Positions 8,732-17,561 of a stretch of 64,000 nucleotides of DNA are shown piece by piece; position 1 is the first letter of the stretch; the number at the start of each line of letters is the position of its first letter. The notes beneath the pieces are model-generated. The model was given only the letters and a program-made list of their open reading frames with translations. It did not search any database and was not told the origin of the DNA. A program made the position numbers and the translations under genes. Source of the stretch: Candidatus Omnitrophota bacterium (lineage in GTDB: Bacteria > Omnitrophota > Gorgyraeia > Pluralincolimonadales > Pluralincolimonadaceae); NCBI GenBank assembly GCA_028716565.1, contig JAQUPL010000001.1, positions 473,476-537,475 on the forward strand, in the 5' to 3' direction.

Positions 8732-9397
8732 CTACCAGACCTCTTTTAGTATCATGAACGCCTCTGCGTATTTAAACCCGGCAGAAGCTCCCCGGAACAG
8801 GGCCAGCGCCTCGATATTCTTCTCGCTCCTCGGGAAAGGGTGTCTCTTCATTTCTCCCTTGTAAATACGCATGATCCCTATTTTTTTCTTCAGGTAACCG
8901 GAGATATCCGAAAAACTGTTCGGGACGAAACTCTTCCCCCTTAAAGGCAGGCGGGATTCGGTCTCGGAAAGCACTTCATACATCAGGACCTTTTTCACCG
9001 AGGGCGCGCGGAATGATTTCACCGCGCTTTGCACGGCATCAAAAGCTACCTGGTGGTCGGAATGCGCGTCGCAGTGGTACGGCGCATAGACCCAGGACGG
9101 GGCAAGGTGCGCGATCGCGCCATGCACCGCTTTTACAAGCTCGGAACGCGCAACCGTGTCAAGTCTGGTGGTCGGGAAATCAAGTTTTATCACCTTCGAA
9201 AAACCGTATCTCTTCGCGACAGCGGTGATCTCGCGCTGGCGGGAATTCACCCTGCTCTTGGGATAACCGGCTGCCTCGGAAACATTGGTCAGGATCAGCC
9301 AGGATACTTTATCATTTTTAGCCCGGTGCTTTAAGAGCGTCCCGCCGCAGCCTAAAGTTTCGTCATCGGGATGGGGCGATACGACTAAAATGTTCAT
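8732..9397 (-). CDS. PIG-L/LmbE family N-acetylglucosaminyl deacetylase
   Basis: 221 aa. Signature VVSPHPDDETLGCGGT and HxDH motif region. Confidence 0.8.
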   Translation of the reverse strand: MNILVVSPHPDDETLGCGGTLLKHRAKNDKVSWLILTNVSEAAGYPKSRVNSRQREITAVAKRYGFSKVIKLDFPTTRLDTVARSELVKAVHGAIAHLAPSWVYAPYHCDAHSDHQVAFDAVQSAVKSFRAPSVKKVLMYEVLSETESRLPLRGKSFVPNSFSDISGYLKKKIGIMRIYKGEMKRHPFPRSEKNIEALALFRGASAGFKYAEAFMILKEVW

Positions 9398-9410
9398 GGT
9401 CTGCCTCTCA

Positions 9411-10565
9411 TTAATAGGTCATCTTTTTTTGCAACAGGCGTTTTCCCTGCGCTGCCTTTTCGAGCTCATCGGCGATCTTTTCGGCGGCCCTGCCGCTGCC
9501 GTAAGGATTGCGGCAGTTCCTTACCTTCCTTAAGAAGGCCTTGTCGGAAACGGCCTTGCGCAACGCTTCCAGGATAGCCCTCTTTTTGTAGGGCACATCG
9601 ATCACGTTCTCCGCCCTGAGCCTCCCCTGCTGGCGGCTGCCGATATTTATACACGCAACTTTAAAGACCGGCGTTTCCATGATGCCGCTGCTGGAATTTC
9701 CCGCTACCGCAGAGGCGATCCTTAATATCCCGAAATAATTCTTCCACCCCAGGCTTTTCCTTATCCTGAAGTGCGGCACCCGGGCATACTCCTTTATCGC
9801 CTTGATCATCCGGTCGCCGCCCGCGTCGTTGCAAGGATAGGTAATTACCGTCTGGCGGCCGAATTCTTTCAGCGCCTCCAGGCTCTCCTTGATCTGTCCG
9901 TAGGCAAGAGCGCTTTCGGTGGTCACGGGATGCTGGGTGAATACTATCACCTGCTTGCCGGGATCGATCTTGAGTTCACGGGCCAGTTCCTGCGGCCCGG
10001 CGTATTCGCCCGATAAATAATTGTCGATGGCGGTCGAACCGACATTAAAAACCCTCCACTTTTCCTCCCCCAGGCCCAATACCCTAAGGTATGAATCCTG
10101 GTTAGAAACGAAGTGCAGGTGCGAAAGCTTGGTGATGCTGTGCCTTACCGAATCATCGAGATTTCCGCCCTGGGAAAGATCACCGCCGAAAAGATGAGCG
10201 ATCGGAATGTTAGAGTAAAAAGCCGCTATCGCCATCGCGTATGTCTCGTAGCGGTCCCCGGCCAAGACAAGGATATCCGGACGCATCGCGCCAAGCAGCC
10301 GCGCGCCTTTCTTTACCAATTCGGCGAAGACGGGAAGCACGTTATCAGGCGTGCCTGGCTGGGATAGATAAACATTTTTGGCCTTAAGCCTGTCCGGATA
10401 TTCGATCTCGGAGTGGGTATTTCCGAACCTTTCCGATAAATGGCTGCCCGAGATGATCAGCCTGACATCAAAATTCCGTCTCGATAAGAGTTCTTTGACC
10501 AAAGGCCGCAAGAGACCGTATTCGGCGCGGTTTCCTGTAAAAAGCGCGATTTTTTTCTTATGCAT
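9411..10565 (-). CDS. UDP-N-acetylglucosamine 2-epimerase (hydrolysing), NeuC/LegG family
   Basis: 384 aa. ALFTGNRAEYGLL...HLFGGD...VGNSSSG motifs typical of NeuC-type hydrolysing 2-epimerases. Confidence 0.8.
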   Translation of the reverse strand: MHKKKIALFTGNRAEYGLLRPLVKELLSRRNFDVRLIISGSHLSERFGNTHSEIEYPDRLKAKNVYLSQPGTPDNVLPVFAELVKKGARLLGAMRPDILVLAGDRYETYAMAIAAFYSNIPIAHLFGGDLSQGGNLDDSVRHSITKLSHLHFVSNQDSYLRVLGLGEEKWRVFNVGSTAIDNYLSGEYAGPQELARELKIDPGKQVIVFTQHPVTTESALAYGQIKESLEALKEFGRQTVITYPCNDAGGDRMIKAIKEYARVPHFRIRKSLGWKNYFGILRIASAVAGNSSSGIMETPVFKVACINIGSRQQGRLRAENVIDVPYKKRAILEALRKAVSDKAFLRKVRNCRNPYGSGRAAEKIADELEKAAQGKRLLQKKMTY

Positions 10566-11349
10566 GCTTATTCCCGCGGACCACTACCATCTCCTTGGAA
10601 ATATCCCATGAGCCAAGACGGACCGAATCAATTTTTTCCCTGCTGGGATCGATGCCGGTCTTCTCGCGGGTTTCCTCAAAAAGCAGCGTGGCAGTATAAT
10701 AACGGATAAATTCGCTTTTATCCGGGAACTTCAATTTGCAGGGAATGATCTCCTTTTCCGCCGCCCCGAAAATATTTTTCACAGCCGGATAGAATTCCTT
10801 TTCGAGGCGTGAACTCCTCAAGGCCGCCTTTTCATCCATTGCGTAATCCAAGCCAAAAACCTTCTTATTGAACTCATACAGCTCTTTGGCGTTATTTTCC
10901 GTAGGGCCGATGAGAAAAACTTCACCGCCGGGTTTCAAGACTCCCTTGATGTCATTAATGACCGCTTCCGCGTCATCCGCGTAATAGATGGAGAAAGCGG
11001 CGATCACACGATCAAAGGTATTTTCAAGGAAAGGAAGCCTGTTGTTCATGTCCCACTGCAGAAGCAGCGGCGTAAAACCGGCGGCCGCTTTCCGGGCCTG
11101 TAAAAGCAGTTCTCTTGACTTGTCGACACCGACTATCCCTCCCCCGCCATTAAGTTTTTTTAAATAGGCCGGGAATAAGTTCCCGTTCCCGCAGCCGATG
11201 TCAAGGATCAAGCCGCCTTTCGCGCCCGGCAAACGGGTCTCCAGCCAATCCTCGAGGCTAAAGCTGGAGAAACGCTTGTGTGCTTCTATCCTGGCGCTTA
11301 AATTTTTCTGGCTTTCGTTATAGCCGAGGCCTTGTGCCGTTTTCGTCAT
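10558..11349 (-). CDS. Class I SAM-dependent methyltransferase
   Basis: 263 aa. ILDIGCGNGNL SAM-binding motif. Overlaps neighbouring genes by 8 and 4 nt. Confidence 0.7.
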   Translation of the reverse strand: MTKTAQGLGYNESQKNLSARIEAHKRFSSFSLEDWLETRLPGAKGGLILDIGCGNGNLFPAYLKKLNGGGGIVGVDKSRELLLQARKAAAGFTPLLLQWDMNNRLPFLENTFDRVIAAFSIYYADDAEAVINDIKGVLKPGGEVFLIGPTENNAKELYEFNKKVFGLDYAMDEKAALRSSRLEKEFYPAVKNIFGAAEKEIIPCKLKFPDKSEFIRYYTATLLFEETREKTGIDPSREKIDSVRLGSWDISKEMVVVRGNKHA

Positions 11350-12350
11350 AAGGTCACCAGCTCATCTTTTTTGAAATTCTTATTAGCCGGCCTGCCAAGC
11401 AGCTTTTCATAGATCACCGGACTCAAGCCGTTGCCGGGCCTTTTTACCGTTATGTTATGGACGGTAAACCTGTCTCCCTTCGCTATGTCCGCGGCAGCTA
11501 CGATGCTTTTCCTGGCAATCTTCCTGTTATTTAATTCGGAGGGCGCAGGTCTTTTGACCCCGTCGCCGAGGGCCGTTTCTATATTGCGGACCGCCTTGAC
11601 CATGGCCCTGAATTCATCCGGTTCAAGGGATGCCTTATGGTCGGGACCGGGCAGGTCCCTGTCCAAAGTAAAATGCTTTTCGATCACAGCCGCGCCTAAT
11701 GCGGCTGCGGCGATAGACACCTCGATGCCCTGCGTATGGTCTGAATAACCCACCTGCACCCGTAGCCTGTTCTTGAGCGTAAGCATGGCGCGCAAATTTA
11801 CTTCATCCATGGGAGCGGGATATTCGGTGGTGCAATGCAGTACGGTGATATCCTCAGGCCTTGTCCCGGAACCGGTAAGGATCCCCATGGCAAAACGCAC
11901 TTCTTTCAGGTCGGACATCCCCGTGGAAAGGATGACCTTTCTTTTAAGCCTCCCGATCTTCCTTAGATACGGCAGGTTGTTTATCTCCCCGGAAGGCACC
12001 TTGAATATCTTCAGTCCGAGGCCCGCCAGGAAATCCACGCTCTTCAGGTCGAACGGCGAAGAAAGAAAGATCACCTTCTTCTTCCGGCAACGCCGCAGTA
12101 ATTCCTTATGGGCGTCGGGGCCAAGCTCCAGCTTTTTTATCATCTCCAGCTGGCTCCCGGTATTGCCCGTGGCTGCCTTCTGGTAAGCGGCCTTAGGCGC
12201 GTACGTGGAGACCAGGGATTCCGCGCTGAATGTCTGGAATTTGACTGCGTCTGCGCCTGCATCTGCCGCGGCATCCACCATCCTCATCGCGACCTTTAGC
12301 GAACCGTTGTGGTTGACCCCGGCTTCGGCAATAATGAATATTTTATGCAT
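11346..12350 (-). CDS. N-acetylneuraminate synthase family enzyme (NeuB/LegI/PseI)
   Basis: 334 aa. FIIAEAGVNHNGS start, the TIM-barrel of the NeuB family, and a C-terminal SAF/antifreeze-like domain. Confidence 0.85.
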   Translation of the reverse strand: MHKIFIIAEAGVNHNGSLKVAMRMVDAAADAGADAVKFQTFSAESLVSTYAPKAAYQKAATGNTGSQLEMIKKLELGPDAHKELLRRCRKKKVIFLSSPFDLKSVDFLAGLGLKIFKVPSGEINNLPYLRKIGRLKRKVILSTGMSDLKEVRFAMGILTGSGTRPEDITVLHCTTEYPAPMDEVNLRAMLTLKNRLRVQVGYSDHTQGIEVSIAAAALGAAVIEKHFTLDRDLPGPDHKASLEPDEFRAMVKAVRNIETALGDGVKRPAPSELNNRKIARKSIVAAADIAKGDRFTVHNITVKRPGNGLSPVIYEKLLGRPANKNFKKDELVTL

Positions 12351-12990
12351 TTTGTTTCATTTCTTTGCAAGGGTTGCCGTAAGCGACCACGCCTTTGCGT
12401 ATGTCGCCGGTGACGACACTGCCCGCGCCTACTACCGTCATTTCCCCTATCTTTACATTCTGGATCACAATGCTTCCCGTGCCGATATGGGAATGGCTGC
12501 CAATGCTTACGCCGCCGCTTAGCAACGCCCCGGGTGAAAGATGCACAAAATCGCCGATCTTGCAGTCATGTTCTACGATAGCACCCGTATTAAGTATGCA
12601 GTTGTCGCCTATACGGGAGCCTGCGTTAACGATCACCCCGGGAGCGATAAAATTGCCCTGCCCAAGGACAGAGCGGGAAGATACCAGCGCATACGGGCTG
12701 ACCAGGTTTGGGAATACGAACCCGGATCTCCTCGCGAGGTTATAGAGTTTAACGCGCAAACGGGTATCACCGACGCTTCCTGCTGAAATAAAACAGTGTT
12801 TTACGCCTTTTCCGGAGAATCGCGGCAGGTCGGTATCGGAGCCGCTTACCGGCACCCCGAAGACCTTCTCCCCGATGCGCTGCTTTACGTCAATTATCCC
12901 GGCGACTTCATATTCTTTAGCGGACAGCAGCAGGTCCAAGACTACCTTGCAATGCCCTCCGGCGCCTATTAGCAATATTTTTTTCTTCAT
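12343..12990 (-). CDS. Sugar O/N-acetyltransferase, NeuD/PglD/LegH family (left-handed beta-helix)
   Basis: 215 aa. N-terminal Rossmann-like motif KILLIGAGGH. C-terminal hexapeptide repeats. Confidence 0.75.
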   Translation of the reverse strand: MKKKILLIGAGGHCKVVLDLLLSAKEYEVAGIIDVKQRIGEKVFGVPVSGSDTDLPRFSGKGVKHCFISAGSVGDTRLRVKLYNLARRSGFVFPNLVSPYALVSSRSVLGQGNFIAPGVIVNAGSRIGDNCILNTGAIVEHDCKIGDFVHLSPGALLSGGVSIGSHSHIGTGSIVIQNVKIGEMTVVGAGSVVTGDIRKGVVAYGNPCKEMKQNA

Positions 12991-12996
12991 ATCAAG

Positions 12997-14067
12997 TTAA
13001 GCCTCGAACTTCTTCAGCATCTCCTGCAAGGCCTCAAACTGCCCCATATCCAGCCACGATTTTTCAGAGACCGGATAGACCCCTATCTTTTCCTTCTTCT
13101 CGATATAGTCCCCGATAAGGTCGGTTATATTGTAAAACCGGTTCTTGGGGATATCACCAAGGACCGAGGCGTCCAAAAGATACATGCCTGTATTTACCAG
13201 GAAGTCATATTCGGGTTTTTCCCTGATGTCCCTGAGGGCCCCGCCTATCCCGATATCGCAGACGCCGTAAGGGATCGTAAAATTCTTCATCGAGCTCACG
13301 AGGGTGATCTTGTTCTTCTTCTCGTTGTGGAACCTCAGTATATCGGTGTAATCCGCCTCGATGAGTATGTCGCAATTGCTCACGAAAAAAGTCTTCTTTA
13401 TCCTGTTCTTCAGCAAGTGGAGGCTTCCTGCGGTGCCCAGGGGTTTGCTTTCAAGGATATAGTTAATCTTGTATTTATGCTCGAAATCACTGAAATACGC
13501 CTTGATCATGTTCGATTTGTAATTCAGCGAAAGGTAGAAATCGTCGCAGCCGTAATCAAAGAACCTGTCGATGATGATCTCTATGATCGGTTTATCGCCG
13601 ATAGGCATCAACGGCTTAGGCAGGACTTTGGTGAACGGATGGAGGCGCACCCCTTCTCCTCCCGCCATGACCACTACCGGGAGCTTCAGTGACTTGTGGT
13701 TCTTCGGTTTGGCCTCAAAAAGGTCCACCCATGAGATGGAGGCGACGACCCTTCTAGTCCCGTCGACCACCGGCAAGCATTCGACTTGGCGCTGGATCAT
13801 CAGGTCCTTCGCGCCTTCCCTGGAAAAACCCTCCTTCAGGACCAGGGGACGGCAGTTCATCGCTTTCTCAAGGCTTTCGCCGAGGCCTTTCCCCTTCAGG
13901 ATCCATCTCCGGATATCGCCGTCGGTGATCGTACCCGCGATCTTCTTCCGGTCATCCACGACGATAAGCGTCTTCTCCCCCATGGCATCCATCTGCTTCA
14001 ATGCCTGCTTGATGCTGCATTTGGGACTTACCAAGACTTTCTTCAATCTTTCCGTCATATCAGTCAC
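12997..14067 (-). CDS. CBS-domain pair fused to a sugar-phosphate nucleotidyltransferase (PtmE-like NTP-transferase)
   Basis: 356 aa. Tandem CBS repeats are followed by VVMAGGEGVRLHPFTKVLPKPL, the NTP_transferase G-rich loop. The architecture matches the GlcN-1-P guanylyltransferase of the GDP-route legionaminic acid pathway. Confidence 0.7.
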   Translation of the reverse strand: MTDMTERLKKVLVSPKCSIKQALKQMDAMGEKTLIVVDDRKKIAGTITDGDIRRWILKGKGLGESLEKAMNCRPLVLKEGFSREGAKDLMIQRQVECLPVVDGTRRVVASISWVDLFEAKPKNHKSLKLPVVVMAGGEGVRLHPFTKVLPKPLMPIGDKPIIEIIIDRFFDYGCDDFYLSLNYKSNMIKAYFSDFEHKYKINYILESKPLGTAGSLHLLKNRIKKTFFVSNCDILIEADYTDILRFHNEKKNKITLVSSMKNFTIPYGVCDIGIGGALRDIREKPEYDFLVNTGMYLLDASVLGDIPKNRFYNITDLIGDYIEKKEKIGVYPVSEKSWLDMGQFEALQEMLKKFEA

Positions 14068-15226
14068 CCCTCCCTAGGCCCCGGATAGCTGAGGTTACCC
14101 GCCTTATCTGTCTCAAATCGAGGTTTGTGCTGCACGGCAGGTTTAGTACGCGCCTCCAATACCGCGGCGCCTTTTCGATTTTATATGCCTGGTTCCTGAG
14201 ATACGGCCTCTGGAGGTGGTTCAGGTACCATACCGGCCTTGTCTGTATGCCCTTCGCCAGCAGGTGCCTCATCGTCTTGTCCCTGTCCGCGCCGAATAGC
14301 TCCTTTTCGATGACCAGCGAATAGAACCAGTAATTCGGCGCCGTGCCTTCCGGGACCCCCAACATCCCGGCCCCTTTGACCCCCTTTAGCAGTTTTTTAT
14401 ATACCGCGTAATTGTCCTTCTTCACCCTTATGAAACCTTTCAACCGTTCGAGCTGCGCCAGGCCGACAGCGGCCTGTAAATTGGTCAGGCGGAAATTGTA
14501 GCCGACCTCATTATGGAGATGTTTTACAGGGTCATCCTTGGCTTGTTCCGTCAGGTACTTTCCTTTTTTCGCCAACAGCCCGTTATCGGTCACGATCATC
14601 CCTCCGCCGCCGGTGGTTATTATCTTGTTCCCGTTAAACGAATATACGCCGATGTCGGAAACTGTCCCCGTGAACCTGCCCTTATAAGCGCCGGAGGTGT
14701 AATATGCCCCCAGGCTTTCGGTCGCGTCCTCGATGACCTTAAGGCGGTACTTCCTGGCGATCTTCATTAGTTCTTCCATGTCGCAGGGGTTCCCAAAGAT
14801 ATGGACCGGGATAATCGCCTTGACCACCCTTCCGGTCTTTTTGTTCCTTAACCCTGCTTTAGTGGCCGTGCATTCCTTAGCGCAAAATTCCCGGACTTTT
14901 ACGCAATCGATATTCAAATAATCGTCGCAGTCCATAAAGACCGGTTCCGCGCCGAGGTATTTGACGACATTGACCGGCGCGATAAATGTAAGCGTCGGCA
15001 CGATCACCTCATCGTCCCTGCCGGCTCCGCAAAGGGCAAGCGCGATATGAAGGCCCGCTGTGCCGTTTACGCAGGCGACCGCATGTTTGGCTTTTACGTA
15101 GCGGCAGACGGCGTCCTCGAAATCCTTTACAAAACCTCCGGAAGAAGATACCCAGTTGGTCTCGACGCACTTCTTGAGGTACTGCAGTTCCCTGCCGCTC
15201 AGGTTTGGGACGGAAAGTGGGATCAT
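14060..15226 (-). CDS. DegT/DnrJ/EryC1/StrS family sugar aminotransferase (LegC/PglE-like)
   Basis: 388 aa. HAVACVNGTAGL, VIEDATESLG, and SFNGNKIITTGGGG containing the PLP lysine. Confidence 0.8.
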   Translation of the reverse strand: MIPLSVPNLSGRELQYLKKCVETNWVSSSGGFVKDFEDAVCRYVKAKHAVACVNGTAGLHIALALCGAGRDDEVIVPTLTFIAPVNVVKYLGAEPVFMDCDDYLNIDCVKVREFCAKECTATKAGLRNKKTGRVVKAIIPVHIFGNPCDMEELMKIARKYRLKVIEDATESLGAYYTSGAYKGRFTGTVSDIGVYSFNGNKIITTGGGGMIVTDNGLLAKKGKYLTEQAKDDPVKHLHNEVGYNFRLTNLQAAVGLAQLERLKGFIRVKKDNYAVYKKLLKGVKGAGMLGVPEGTAPNYWFYSLVIEKELFGADRDKTMRHLLAKGIQTRPVWYLNHLQRPYLRNQAYKIEKAPRYWRRVLNLPCSTNLDLRQIRRVTSAIRGLGRGD

Positions 15227-15239
15227 TTTTTAAGGGTCA

Positions 15240-16220
15240 CTATACGTTATAGATTCCGGATTTATAGATATCTTTATTTTCCTTAAACCACGCTATCGTC
15301 TTCAAAAGGCCTTTTTCCAGGCTGTATTTCGGCGACCAGCCCAACAAGCGCCGGGCCTTGGCATTGTCGGCCAACAACCGTTCGACTTCGCTTTTTTCCG
15401 GTCTTTTCCTTTCAAGGGCCGAATCGATCGTTACGTCGCGGTGAAGGGACAGCGAGATCAGCCGCGCCAAGTCCCCTATTGAGATTTCCGAGTTGCTGCC
15501 GAGATTGATGACCTCGCCTACGGCTCTCCGGCATTCTCCCGCACGGATGAACCCGTCAACCGTGTCTTCCACGTATGTCAAGTCGCGGGTCGGGGCCAGG
15601 GCACCGAGCTTTATCTTCTTGCCGCCGTAAAGTATCTGCGTGATGATAGTCGGGATCACCGCGCGCGCCGATTGCCTCGGGCCGTAGGTATTGAACGGCC
15701 GGACGACCGCGACCGGAAGGTCGAACGAACGGTAAAATGACAAGGCCAGGAGGTCGGCCGCGGATTTAGTCGCCGCATATGGCGATTGGGGGTTTATTGG
15801 GTGGTTTTCCGTGATCGGGACAAACTGCGCCGTCCCGTAGATCTCGCTTGTGGACGTGTGGACTACCTTTTTTACGTCCGAATCCTTCGCGGCCTGTAAA
15901 ATATTCAAAGACCCCCTGATATTGGTCTCGACGTATGCCTCCGGGGAATGGTATGAATAAGGTATCCCGATCAGGGCGGCAAGATGGAAAACAGTCTCGA
16001 CATCGCGCATTGCATCCCGGACAATGTCGGCATCCCGTATATCGCCGGAGATTATCTCTATGCGGTTTTTACACCGTGAGGACTCCAGCCACCCCCAGGA
16101 ATTCCTCGAATTGTAATGGACGAATGCTTTTACTTTATACCCGGAAGCGGATAATTTTTCGGTTAAATGGCTCCCGATAAAACCCCCGGCGCCCGTCACC
16201 AAAACTTTTTTCTTGGTCAT
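15240..16220 (-). CDS. NAD-dependent nucleotide-sugar 4,6-dehydratase/epimerase (extended SDR, LegB/PseB-like)
   Basis: 326 aa. VLVTGAGGFIGSHL. YxxxK region PYAATKSAAD. STSEIYG. Confidence 0.8.
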   Translation of the reverse strand: MTKKKVLVTGAGGFIGSHLTEKLSASGYKVKAFVHYNSRNSWGWLESSRCKNRIEIISGDIRDADIVRDAMRDVETVFHLAALIGIPYSYHSPEAYVETNIRGSLNILQAAKDSDVKKVVHTSTSEIYGTAQFVPITENHPINPQSPYAATKSAADLLALSFYRSFDLPVAVVRPFNTYGPRQSARAVIPTIITQILYGGKKIKLGALAPTRDLTYVEDTVDGFIRAGECRRAVGEVINLGSNSEISIGDLARLISLSLHRDVTIDSALERKRPEKSEVERLLADNAKARRLLGWSPKYSLEKGLLKTIAWFKENKDIYKSGIYNV

Positions 16221-16311
16221 CTCTTTGCTTTCTGAGGACAGAGCTTCGCCCCTTTGGTTACATCCCTGTAACTTTTTCTCATGTTTTTGTTTTTTAAAAA
16301 TTGCCCTGCTT

Positions 16312-16821
16312 TTACAGCCTCTCTACCACGTTGTTGTCGACCTCGGCAGCCAGAGACCTGCCGAGAAGGTCCACCGAGATGATCAGCGTCCCCTTCTTGT
16401 CATTGAACTTCTCGAATATTCCGATAGCGCCCCTTAACGGCCCGTCGACCACGACGATCCGCTCGCCGACGTTCAGGTAAGGATGCGGCAACGGGTCGAT
16501 CCCCGACTCCACTATCTTTCTTACGTTATCGATCTGCTCTACGGGGATGGCCAGGGGGGCCACTTTAGTCCCTAAAATATTGACTACGCCCTCCGTCTTC
16601 TTGACCTCAAGCCAATCCGTTGCCGTAGGAGCGCACTCGACAAAAAGATATCCCGGGAAAAGCGGCCTCGCCACTTTTATCTTCCTGTCTTTCCTCCTGC
16701 TCCATTTGAGGATAGTCGGATAGAAGGTCTTTATCGATCTCTTGTTCAGGAGGTAACTAACCTTGAACTCGTAGTTCGACCGCGTCCTTACCGCATACCA
16801 ATTCTGGGCTATAGCTATCAT
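16312..16821 (-). CDS. NusG-family specialised transcription antiterminator (RfaH/UpxY/LoaP-like paralog)
   Basis: 169 aa. NGN domain WYAVRTRSNYEFKV...FPGYLFV. C-terminal KOW GERIVVVDGPLRGAIGIF. It is the first gene upstream of the biosynthetic operon. Confidence 0.75.
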   Translation of the reverse strand: MIAIAQNWYAVRTRSNYEFKVSYLLNKRSIKTFYPTILKWSRRKDRKIKVARPLFPGYLFVECAPTATDWLEVKKTEGVVNILGTKVAPLAIPVEQIDNVRKIVESGIDPLPHPYLNVGERIVVVDGPLRGAIGIFEKFNDKKGTLIISVDLLGRSLAAEVDNNVVERL

Positions 16822-16824
16822 ATT

Positions 16825-17445
16825 TTATAAACCATGTACCGGTATTTTAGCCAACTCCTCGTCTGCGCTTATTCTCTTGAGGATCTCGTCTTTGTAACGC
16901 ATGGAAGTTATTATTATTGCGTCGGGCTTAAGGTCCCTGATCGTTTCCGCCCCGCCTATCGTGAAATTGAATTTCTTCGTGCCTTGCTTCGCCTTATCGT
17001 CGTCGACTATCCCCAAAAGCTCAATATTGGCCTCGTTTGATATCACAAACGCCACTTCCATGACGTCTCCGGCGCCGTAGAAAACCACCCGTTTTACGCC
17101 CTGTTTAGATATAAAGTCGAGCTTCTCGCTTAGATTTTTCTTGAGATTTATGTAATAGTGGACCGTGTATTCAAGGAAATGGTAGGTGAGCCTGGTTTTT
17201 TCGGAAAAACCTTCGGGGGTGAGAAAATATGATATACGCTTGTGGTTTATGCCTTTGACCTTGATGTAGCCCTTTTTTGCCATTTTTTTTAGGCAGGCAT
17301 TCGTCACGCCCAGGGCTACGCCTAACCGCTCGGAAAGCTTCCTCTGGGAAGCGGTAGAATCCCTCGAAATCTCCTCAAGCAGCTGGAGATTCCTCATGTC
17401 CTCATTGGGCTTCAGGAAATTACTGTTCTTTTCCATATCTGGCAT
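16825..17445 (-). CDS. Winged-helix transcriptional regulator with C-terminal Rossmann-like (Rex/CoA-binding-like) domain
   Basis: 206 aa. N-terminal wHTH (LSERLGVALGVTNACLKKMAKKGYI). C-terminal VVFYGAGDVMEVAFV...KPDAIIITS. Confidence 0.5.
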   Translation of the reverse strand: MPDMEKNSNFLKPNEDMRNLQLLEEISRDSTASQRKLSERLGVALGVTNACLKKMAKKGYIKVKGINHKRISYFLTPEGFSEKTRLTYHFLEYTVHYYINLKKNLSEKLDFISKQGVKRVVFYGAGDVMEVAFVISNEANIELLGIVDDDKAKQGTKKFNFTIGGAETIRDLKPDAIIITSMRYKDEILKRISADEELAKIPVHGL

Positions 17446-17489
17446 AGGGCAATTGACTTGCGGATAACGTTCTAAGAATGAACGATACT

Positions 17490-17518
17490 AGTTTACGCTA
17501 TAACTTATGTGCTGTCAA
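17490..17518 (-). promoter_or_regulatory. Sigma70-type promoter TTGACA-N17-TAAACT driving the regulator, NusG-paralog and sugar operon
   Basis: On the minus strand TTGACA is the reverse complement of 17513..17518 and TAAACT of 17490..17495, with a 17-nt spacer. It lies about 45 nt upstream of the ATG at 17445. Confidence 0.4.
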
Positions 17519-17561
17519 TAGGAAAAAATGGGGGGATTTTCTTGGTGGGAACCGGTACCGG

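Noticed and set aside
16257-16272. 6-bp stem-loop GTTACA-TCCC-TGTAAC in the 91-bp spacer between the NusG paralog and the first biosynthetic gene.
   Set aside because: Short stem with no U-tract, so not a terminator. Too small to call a regulatory RNA without conservation data. Noted only as a place to look for an antiterminator recruitment element.
17552-17561. 10-bp palindrome CCGGTACCGG (KpnI site) just downstream of the methyltransferase stop codon. Nearby G6 run at 17530..17535.
   Set aside because: A loop-less palindrome cannot form a stable hairpin. It is likely coincidental in GC-rich DNA. The G6 run is too short for credible slippage.
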